A program made the translations under genes and the position numbers. From an uncultured virus (IMG/VR IMGVR_UViG_3300037195_001681) (taxonomy: Duplodnaviria > Heunggongvirae > Uroviricota > Caudoviricetes > Schitoviridae), in the IMG/VR virus record IMGVR_UViG_3300037195_001681, positions 52,190 through 72,189 of that record: a stretch of DNA of 20,000 nt. One strand, 5' to 3'. The notes under the pieces were generated by a model. It searched no databases, was not told the origin of the DNA, and saw nothing but the letters and a program-made list of their open reading frames with translations. This document shows, one piece after another, positions 1-8,100 of the stretch. Numbering within the stretch: the stretch's first letter is position 1; every line of letters begins with the position of its first letter.

Positions 1-2355
1 CCAGATCTTTTCGACAGTGCCTGGAAGTCTGATTTCGACGAAGCAACGAACACCGTCACGGTCACATTCGAAGACCTGACCACAGCACAGTTTCAACCTG
101 CAGATTTTGATCCGCAGGGTACATACCTATATGTGCTCTATAACTTGGTTGAAGGACCAAAAGAAGGAGATATTGAACAAGGGAATGTGATCATTGGTCC
201 ATTCCCTTCGACTTCTGGTTGGACTCTTGTCGAAGAAACTACGACACCCACGAATGTGCCCTTGACCGAGACGGTGGAAACGACTGTCAGTTACTCGGAC
301 GGACGTCCTGACGAGACATCGAATTCGAGCACCAATTCCTCTGGTTCCTACGATCACTATCGAGCGACCTACACCCAGGAAAATTATCACGGGGACACCA
401 AGGATTATGATGGCTTTGGACAACCTGAACTGGTTGAACCTGAAGATGATGTGATTTCCAGCACCGGAAAAACGCTCTATCTCTTCAGAGATGGATATGT
501 CGATTCGAGCGAGAACACTCAGGTCACGACCGAAGAAATTGACGATGGAAACGGTGGTACGATCACGAAGACCACAACCACTGTGACCACAACCGAAACG
601 CTCAGAGTGGAAGAGTCATACCGTTACGACGAAGTCGAGAGAATCCTCTGGACCTTCTTGCCGGCACAGATCCTGATCTACCGAATCGGATCAGGCGGAT
701 CTCCAACGATCGACTCCAAGCTTTCGAGCTCAGCTGACAGTGGATATTTTCTACCTTTTATTCCAGTAAGACTGGATAATGAAATGGTAGACGAGAATTT
801 CTCGGGCAATCCTGATGCCTATGATGAAGCTCGCCGCGCCTACTGGAAAATGACCGGCAGCCGAAAATACGCAAAAGAGCTCCTCACACAGATCGACGAA
901 CATGAGAACATAGACGACATGGACTTCGTCTACGTGATGCTCGGAGCCTCGTTGAACACGAAAGAAAATGCAGCCCGACGGTATATCTTCGAGTTCTTTG
1001 AAAAGATCCGGGTAGCTCAGACTTCCGGAGCCTCGGAATATAACGAATGGTTCTCTGGACAGGAACAGTTCGGAACGGATAATGCTGCCTGGATTGAATG
1101 GCGTCTGGCACAGAAAGACCCGGGAAACCCCCTGTATGGTCAACCCATGCCGACGACAGGACGCAGTTATGCGCCCCCTCGTAATGAGGTTCGGATCAAG
1201 GGGACCGGGACACTTCAAACGAACATGGACATGTTGATCAAGTGGAATTCGATGACGAAATCCACCGGCATAGGACAGGTGAAACCTGGTGCAAAGATCG
1301 GCGATGCCTTTATCGACTTCGTTGGTCAGGATGAAGCGTTTTCGATCGGGTACAACAATGGCGTCCCAATCAGCCTGGATCCAATGAAGATGGACCGGCT
1401 GCTTGTGTCTCTCCAGACAGGAGCGAGTACCTGGGCTTTGCTCAGTATTGTTGGGCTTGAACACAAAAATTACATCTATAACGGAAAAGCCGTCGAGATT
1501 ACGGCCGAAGAAGCCATGGATGATACGGAGGAATCAGGCTTCCTGGTTCCAATTCATCTGGACGTTTTCCGTGATATGCCGATGGTCGCGAAGACTCAGA
1601 TGTCCACGGCCTGCTGCTATGTGGTGATCAACACCTATGTGGTGAAGAAAACAGGATTCTTTGGATCGACCTTTTTCAAGATCCTGCTGTTCGTGGCGGT
1701 GGTCGCGATCACGGTTGCCACTGGTGGTACGGGTGCCGGCAGTATCGGTTTGTTGGGTGCGAACGCAGCTGTAGGTGCAGCGATCGGTCTCAGCGGTTTC
1801 ATCGGAGTGCTCGTAGGAGCCTTAGCCAACGCTCTTGCAGCGATGGTGGTGATCAAGATTGTGCAGAGTGGGGCGACTGCCTTGCTTGGTGACAAGATCG
1901 GTTCGATCATTGGTGCTGTCATGTCGATCGCAGTTCTCCAGGTGGGAACGGCGCTCCAAGGAGGTTTCTCCCTGGCTCAGGTGATGGGTCAGATGGGAAG
2001 CGCAGTGAATATTCTAAATATGACCGTAGCGACCAGCAATGGTATTGCCGGTTATATTCAGGGTGAAGCCAACGAAACTCTGAAAGATATTGAAGATCTC
2101 CAGGCTCGATTCAAAAAAGAATCTGAGAGGATCAACGAGCTCTACGAAAGAGAGTTCGGATTGTATCGAGCAATTCTCGATCCATTGGAGCTGGTGAATC
2201 GCGAAGAACTCGCCTATGAGGGTGCTGTCGAAGGACTGGATGCGTTCCTGGATAGGACCCTCATGACCGGCATCGACGTTGCAGAACTTTCCAACGCATT
2301 GGTGTCGGATTTTGCCGATATTACCCTGTCAACGATCATTGGTTCGGAAGGATGA
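1..2355 (+). CDS. N4 gp53-like virion structural protein (putative tail tip/plug); 5' end lies outside the window
   Basis: Frame 1 is open from base 1 (PDLFDSAWKSDFDEAT...) to TGA at 2353-2355, so the ORF-track GTG at 133 is internal. It lies immediately upstream of the gp52/gp51/vRNAP-like genes. It has a long Gly/Ala hydrophobic segment (about 1680-1950) followed by a coiled-coil-like segment. Confidence 0.75.
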   Translation, partial: PDLFDSAWKSDFDEATNTVTVTFEDLTTAQFQPADFDPQGTYLYVLYNLVEGPKEGDIEQGNVIIGPFPSTSGWTLVEETTTPTNVPLTETVETTVSYSDGRPDETSNSSTNSSGSYDHYRATYTQENYHGDTKDYDGFGQPELVEPEDDVISSTGKTLYLFRDGYVDSSENTQVTTEEIDDGNGGTITKTTTTVTTTETLRVEESYRYDEVERILWTFLPAQILIYRIGSGGSPTIDSKLSSSADSGYFLPFIPVRLDNEMVDENFSGNPDAYDEARRAYWKMTGSRKYAKELLTQIDEHENIDDMDFVYVMLGASLNTKENAARRYIFEFFEKIRVAQTSGASEYNEWFSGQEQFGTDNAAWIEWRLAQKDPGNPLYGQPMPTTGRSYAPPRNEVRIKGTGTLQTNMDMLIKWNSMTKSTGIGQVKPGAKIGDAFIDFVGQDEAFSIGYNNGVPISLDPMKMDRLLVSLQTGASTWALLSIVGLEHKNYIYNGKAVEITAEEAMDDTEESGFLVPIHLDVFRDMPMVAKTQMSTACCYVVINTYVVKKTGFFGSTFFKILLFVAVVAITVATGGTGAGSIGLLGANAAVGAAIGLSGFIGVLVGALANALAAMVVIKIVQSGATALLGDKIGSIIGAVMSIAVLQVGTALQGGFSLAQVMGQMGSAVNILNMTVATSNGIAGYIQGEANETLKDIEDLQARFKKESERINELYEREFGLYRAILDPLELVNREELAYEGAVEGLDAFLDRTLMTGIDVAELSNALVSDFADITLSTIIGSEG

Positions 2356-2382
2356 TGATTTTCTTGGATCAACCAGAATAAT

Positions 2383-2413
2383 GGTGCATAGAACGCAGAT
2401 GCACCGCAGGAGG
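2383..2413 (+). promoter_or_regulatory. 7-bp hairpin (GGTGCAT/ATGCACC, 9-nt loop) directly upstream of the Shine-Dalgarno AGGAGG of the gp52-like gene
   Basis: Perfect inverted repeat at 2383-2389 and 2399-2405. AGGAGG at 2408-2413 and ATG at 2419. Confidence 0.5.
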
Positions 2414-2418
2414 CTGAA

Positions 2419-2973
2419 ATGAGTGGTTACGGTGGATATGGGAGCATGGCTGCCTGGGGACAGCCTCAGGGCTATGGTGGTGTGAATATCTTCGCTCCAC
2501 CTCCTTTCATGGGTCCTGATGGTCCAGCTGCTCCGCCGATTACAATGAACACTGCTTCTTCGACGGGAACGCTTCCGACCCAGACGGCAGCCATCAATCC
2601 GGCAATCGCATCGTCAGGGAATGTTTCTCCTGTTCTGCCGGGTGTGACGGGAACAGTCGGAGCAGCCGGAGCCGTTCCTGGTGCAGGTGGAAGCGCCGGC
2701 AAACTGGGTCTGAACTTCGATACGGCCCAGCTCGCTTTGTCTGGTCTGACTGCAATCGGAAATCTCTGGGCTGCTTTTCAGTCCCAGAAGCTCGCGAAGA
2801 AGCAGTTCGAATATACGAAGCGAGTGACCGACACAAATCTGTCGAACCAGATCCAGCAGTACAATGACGGAATCGTCGACCGGGCGAACAACCGTGCAAT
2901 CGTTGAAGGGCGGGACGCTGCCTACACGAAGAAATTCATCGACACACGAAAGCTGAAAGAATGGGGCGGATGA
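2419..2973 (+). CDS. N4 gp52-like small internal virion/ejection protein
   Basis: 184 aa with a strong SD and no Cys. Gly/Pro/Ala-rich N-terminus, then an amphipathic/hydrophobic helix (LALSGLTAIGNLWAAFQSQKLAKKQF) and a helical C-terminus. Lies two genes upstream of vRNAP, as in N4. Confidence 0.8.
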   Translation: MSGYGGYGSMAAWGQPQGYGGVNIFAPPPFMGPDGPAAPPITMNTASSTGTLPTQTAAINPAIASSGNVSPVLPGVTGTVGAAGAVPGAGGSAGKLGLNFDTAQLALSGLTAIGNLWAAFQSQKLAKKQFEYTKRVTDTNLSNQIQQYNDGIVDRANNRAIVEGRDAAYTKKFIDTRKLKEWGG

Positions 2974-3026
2974 ATATAACAGCTTTGTACGATCATTCTT
3001 CGTATTGATGCACAGGAATAACGAAA

Positions 3027-5108
3027 ATGGCTTTGACCTGGCGAAATGTTGCTGCACCGGACTTCAGTCCAGCCATGCGTGGTCAGGAGATCTTCGCACG
3101 GCTGCTGAGTGATGGTTTTGCCAGCGCCCAGCGTGGACTGGACCGTTATGACGACTCGATCAGCGAGCAGGTCAATAACGCGATCCAGCTTCGTATTGCA
3201 GGCGCCGACGATACCGATGCAGCCAAGGCGATCCTGGCTGGTCTCCAGACCGATCCGAACGCCAAGCGTATTTCGGATCAGACGCTCAACCTGGCGATGG
3301 CTCGCCCGGATGCTCTGACGCAGCAGGCGTTCAATGAAGGACGCCTGGATGATTCGATCTATAATCGTCAGCGCGTTCGTGGTTTTGACGCTGCCGAGGA
3401 CCGATTCGCAAAGCTCTATGCCGATCGTCAGGCTGCCTATGCCAAGGGAACCGAAGAAGGTCAGGCATGGGATGCGGCCAATCCGAACGCCATGGACGGT
3501 CTCAGCCTCGCAGCAACTCGTCAGAATGTTCAGGACGCTTCGGCTGCTACCATGGGTGCTCTGGATATTACCGGAAAAGAGCTAAGCAATGAAGGTGCTC
3601 GCCTGGGTATTAAACAGGCTGAGTTCGACTATGATACTGGTGTCTGGAGGTTTGGTAACGAAAAAGCCGATCGTGCAGACGTCGAAGCAGCCCAAGGATT
3701 CATGGCGAATTTCCAGGGCAGTGGTTACACGCTCGAAGATCTCAATGGTCAGTTGGCTTCGTCGGGTCTTAGCCCGGGTGCTCAGGCGATCGTTCGTGCC
3801 CAGACCGGACAGAATATTCCCGGTTCCTATGGGGATTATGGTGGCTCTGCTGGTGGTGGAGCAGGCGGATCTGTAACCGGTCACGGTGGTGTTTCTGCTT
3901 ATGATGTGCTCAATTATCAAGCACGAGGTCAAGGTTTTGAAAGTGTACCTTCCAGCGTAAAAACTGTCGGTGATGCAATGGCTTTTGGTAAGTCAATGCT
4001 AAACGACATGTATTCTCGCGGGGTTCCTCGTGGAACAGGTTCTAGTGCAATGGGACTGTACCAGATTACCCAAAGTACTATGGCGGAATTTGGTGAACAA
4101 GCCCTTGGTAAGAATTGGAGAAAAGCTGATTGGCGTGATCCTGAAACTCAGGATCGCCTAGGAAGAGCTATCTTTGAAGGTAAAGGCGGTGTTCGCGGTA
4201 GTGCTCAGCGTCTGGCTGACAGATGGGCAATGTTCAAGGGTAAGCCTCAGCTTGCTGCTCAAGTTGCTCGTATGCCCTGGGAACAGGCACGAGAAATCAT
4301 CGCCAAAGGTGAATCTGGAGCAAGTCCAGCTGCTCTCCTTCTGGCTCAAACTGTTTCAGGTGCTTCAGCCAATCAGCAGTATCAACAGACGAACAGCGCG
4401 AGCGGAATTGCGACGTCGATCCAGCCGTACATGCGGGATACGGCCCCACTGGCTACCGTTGTTACTCGTCTGACCAAGGAAGGTCCTCTCAAAGGAGCGA
4501 CGACGCAATTCGTTTCGGGTCAGATCCAACGAATCAAACAGCAGGCTGCCACTGGTCGTAATCCCGTACGTCTGACCGATGCTGCGGCTGGTGAGATCCT
4601 GGTGAACAGCCTGGCTGCAAACGACAACTGGTTCGGGAATTTTTTCAATCCCAGCGATCCAGCTGCGAATGGAGACTGGAAAATCGACCCGAAGCTTCTT
4701 CGGAGCAATATCGACCAAGTTCGTCCAGGAGCTCCGGATAATACGCTGGTCGCAAATCAGTCGATGGAAGTCCTTGCTGGGCAGGTCCAGGCCACGCGAG
4801 CTGCCTGGGAAGCTGCTTCGCAGCGTCTGGCGGGAGCCCAGCAACAGGCTGCTCGTAACCCAAGGTTCGATTCTGCGATCCTGGGGCGTCTCATCATGGA
4901 AGAACGCCAGGCTCGGGCTGCGTGGCAGAACGCCATCGAAATGCAGCAGTCCTCGGCTGTGGAAACCGGTGCAGCGCCGGCTCCACGTCAATCGGCTCTA
5001 CCTCGTCGACAGGCTCAGCCAAGGCCGGCCCCAAGGCGTGAAGAGCGTCCGATCGGAACTCGGTACTTGCCAAGGTATCGTCCGGGTGTATCTGGTCCTA
5101 AGATCTAG
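3027..5108 (+). CDS. N4 gp51-like ejection protein with an internal lysozyme-like (muramidase/lytic transglycosylase) domain
   Basis: 693 aa, Cys-free, Ala/Gln-rich and helical, with N-terminus MALTWRNVAAPDF; immediately upstream of vRNAP. The internal motifs SSAMGLYQITQST (4041-4079), DPETQDRLG and LADRWAMF resemble lambda-lysozyme-like (GH24/GH104-type) domains. Confidence 0.82.
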   Translation: MALTWRNVAAPDFSPAMRGQEIFARLLSDGFASAQRGLDRYDDSISEQVNNAIQLRIAGADDTDAAKAILAGLQTDPNAKRISDQTLNLAMARPDALTQQAFNEGRLDDSIYNRQRVRGFDAAEDRFAKLYADRQAAYAKGTEEGQAWDAANPNAMDGLSLAATRQNVQDASAATMGALDITGKELSNEGARLGIKQAEFDYDTGVWRFGNEKADRADVEAAQGFMANFQGSGYTLEDLNGQLASSGLSPGAQAIVRAQTGQNIPGSYGDYGGSAGGGAGGSVTGHGGVSAYDVLNYQARGQGFESVPSSVKTVGDAMAFGKSMLNDMYSRGVPRGTGSSAMGLYQITQSTMAEFGEQALGKNWRKADWRDPETQDRLGRAIFEGKGGVRGSAQRLADRWAMFKGKPQLAAQVARMPWEQAREIIAKGESGASPAALLLAQTVSGASANQQYQQTNSASGIATSIQPYMRDTAPLATVVTRLTKEGPLKGATTQFVSGQIQRIKQQAATGRNPVRLTDAAAGEILVNSLAANDNWFGNFFNPSDPAANGDWKIDPKLLRSNIDQVRPGAPDNTLVANQSMEVLAGQVQATRAAWEAASQRLAGAQQQAARNPRFDSAILGRLIMEERQARAAWQNAIEMQQSSAVETGAAPAPRQSALPRRQAQPRPAPRREERPIGTRYLPRYRPGVSGPKI

Positions 5109-5141
5109 TCGATAAAGACTTGATAAAGGCTCGATAGAGAC
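5109..5141 (+). repeat. Three tandem imperfect 11-bp direct repeats (TCGATAAAGAC / TTGATAAAGGC / TCGATAGAGAC)
   Basis: Read directly at 5109-5119, 5120-5130 and 5131-5141. Units 2 and 3 match unit 1 at 9/11 and 10/11. The array starts right after the gp51-like TAG and ends 7 nt before the vRNAP ATG. Confidence 0.85.
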
Positions 5142-5148
5142 AGAAAAT

Positions 5149-8100
5149 ATGGCCAGCAATTTCGACCGAGTATTCGGAAACTATGGAAATTCGAGCATGT
5201 TCGATCAGATGGTCGAACCATACCTGAAGGATACGCTCCTTCGGGGTGCTCCTCGTGAGGATGTTCGAATTCCGACGAAACTCGACAATGTCGCGATTGC
5301 AAGCGAGCGGAAGAAGCAAGAAGTCCAGAAACTCTCCAATCCATATCGGATCGGCGCAGTGAGGAACACTGGCACCGGCCTATCGACGATCGAGAACCCA
5401 GTGCAGAGGGATATGGCTGTCCTAAATGCCTGGGACATGATCGGGAAATATGGACCTGATGCAGCTTCACTGATCAGTCAGGCTGCGGCTGGTCAGAATA
5501 TGTTCGAATTCGATCGACGCTCCAGTGGGCCAGAAGCACCTCTGAAAACGATCGGTGATGCTGCTTTGGGCGTCGGACAAGGTTTCGCGAACGCTTTCCT
5601 GGGAATCGGTTCACTGGCTCTGGGTGGTGTTGATGCACTGACCGGAACGGAGATGGGCACATGGTCGGCCAGAAAACTGGGAGACATGAACGAGTTCATC
5701 GACGAGCAGAAGTCGGACGCAAACGAAATCGCCAAGCGTACCTATGCCACGATGAACGAGCTCGATCAGGCAGATAATCAGGAGCTGTTCGAAGAAGATC
5801 GGATTCGTGATGGCGAATTTGTCGCGAGTCTTCGAAGGTTCGGCCGAGACACTGTTGATACTCTTGGTAATATCTGGGAAAATCCAGAAATTACCAGTGA
5901 TATTGTCTCGCAGGGTGCAGGTTCTCTGCTTGCTGGTGGTCCGCTTTCCAAGGGTCTCAAGTCCATTGGCCGGAAAGCTCTGGAAACGGCAGTGCGTATT
6001 CGTCCAGCTACTTTGGCCAGCACGACTGCCGCCCGGGTCGCAGACATTGGTGGACGTTCTGCGATGCCTCTGGCGATTGGTGCCATGGAGGCTGGTGGAG
6101 CATATCAGCAGACAGTCAATGAAGCTCTGAATCTCCTAAACGATCGTGATGATCTGACCGACGCTGAAAAGGCTGATTTGGCTAATAAGGCTGGTCTTCA
6201 GGCTGCTTCGATCCAGGCACCTGTTGGCACCCTCACTGGTGCTCTGGTGTCGAAATTCGAAGCCAGTCCCTTGGCTGCCCGGGGAGTGGTTTCTGCCACG
6301 AAGAATATCGGCAAAGAAGGGGTCGAAGAAACTGCACAATCGGCTTCGGGTCAGCTGGCGCAAAACCTTGCAATTCGAAACAACGTCGATCCGTCGAGGG
6401 ATCTCAGCGAAGGTGTGGGTGAGCAGGCTGCTTCGGGTCTGGTTGGTGGTGTGGGCGCTGCTGGTGTGGTCCAGGTTCCTGGAACCGCTCTCCGTACGAC
6501 GGTTCAAGCTGCAAAGCTCACTGGACGGACTGCTGCAAGGGTTGCAGGTGCAACCGCAAGCGCCGTCATGCGCGGTATTGAAGACCGAAATAAACGGGTT
6601 CTGGAGAAGATCGAAGAAGAGTCCCCTGTGGCAGCTCCGAAGATGGATGCTGCGATCGACGCGGCTCGCGAAGCTGCACCGAATATTTCGACTGAAGCAC
6701 AGGAAACTATCAATTCAGCTGATTTTACTCCAGAAGAGCGCCAGTCGGTTGTCGATCATTTCGACCGGGTTCTGAGCTTCGACCCAGAAACGGAAGCTGC
6801 TCAGGCTCCCGATGCAATCAAAACCGAAGTCGCGGAAGCAACGGATCGGTTCGATGCTGTTCGTCGTGTGGCGAGCATTGCAAAGGACGAGAGCCAGACA
6901 CCTGAGAAACGTCTCTCGGCCGGCCTGTATCTCATGGAAACGCTTCGCAACAATGAAGCGATGCTCGAAACGGTACCTGAAGAAGCTTTGTCGAAGCTGC
7001 CTCAGGATGATCCTGCCGTCACCCAGATCGAGGACTACCAGAGCGTTCTGGGATCGTTGTCGCGTCATCCATTGGTGCGAGATGCCATCAACGAAGCTGT
7101 GAAGCTGTCGGAAAATCTCTCCGAAGATCAGGTCTCGGATGAGCGTATTTCTACGCCTGAAGGTCAAGAAACGGCGAAAAATGCTGTGCGTCTGGCTTCC
7201 TTGGCTCCAGAGAAAACGAAGCCTGAAGTGAACAAGAAGATCCTGCTCCATTCGGTGCAGGGCAAAGTGACGCTGACAGCGAATGAGCGTGGTCACCTGA
7301 ACACGGCAAATGCGGTCCACGAAGCCAGTGCTCGTCACAATCAGCGGAGTGAAGAGCTCGATCTGACACCAAGCGAAATCGTTTCGCAGGAGATCCAGAC
7401 AGACAAGAGCAATCCGTCAACTCTCCACAAGTCGGCGATCGCTCACATGGAAGGGGTCCAGGCTGCGATCGAAGCCGACAACGCTCCTCTTGCTCAGCGT
7501 CGGATGCGTCATTTCATGGCGTTCGCTCAGAGTATGCAGAACAAGGTTCGTGCTCTGAATGAGAGCCTCATCGCCGGGGATGCGAGCGACAAGAAGCGTA
7601 CGAAATATCAGGCATATAATCCGCGAATCGGCGAATTCTTCGATTCGCCTGGAGCATATCTGATCGGTTCGTCTCCTGGTTCGATCGCTCAGGCTCAGCA
7701 GACGGCCGTCGATGCCGAAGCAGTCGCGTATATTGCGAATGAGATGGTGAAGTCTTTCACTCAACTGGGTGTGGATCCGGTCGAAGTGGTCGAACTGCAC
7801 CCTTCGATGACCCAGACGAGCGCCCGTGAGGCTGCTCGCGATTATCGTGTGGCAAAGAAGGAAGACACGCTGTCTGAATTCTTGTCGCTGTCGGAAGCAA
7901 CCAACCCGAATAAGCCAGTGTCGGAAGCCCTGTCGAAGAGCCGGGCTGAACAGGTCGAGCCTGAGGTTACGGAAGATCGTCCCAGTCAGGATCCACAATC
8001 GAAGTTGGCTCCTGAAAGGAAAAATTCTCAAGCCAAGGATGCCGAAAATCCTCAGCAGCAGTCCGATACGGAAGCCCAGACGGATGAAGTGACGCCTGCC

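Noticed and set aside
520..610. Thr-rich run (TITKTTTTVTTTET) as a DNA repeat or diversity-generating target
   Set aside because: The codons are varied and there is no repeated nucleotide unit or template copy. It is consistent with ordinary beta-strand composition.
2363..2392. Possible host sigma70-type late promoter (TTGGAT-N17-CATAGA) before the gp52-like gene
   Set aside because: The match is weak and I found no convincing second instance in the window. It cannot be supported without TSS data.
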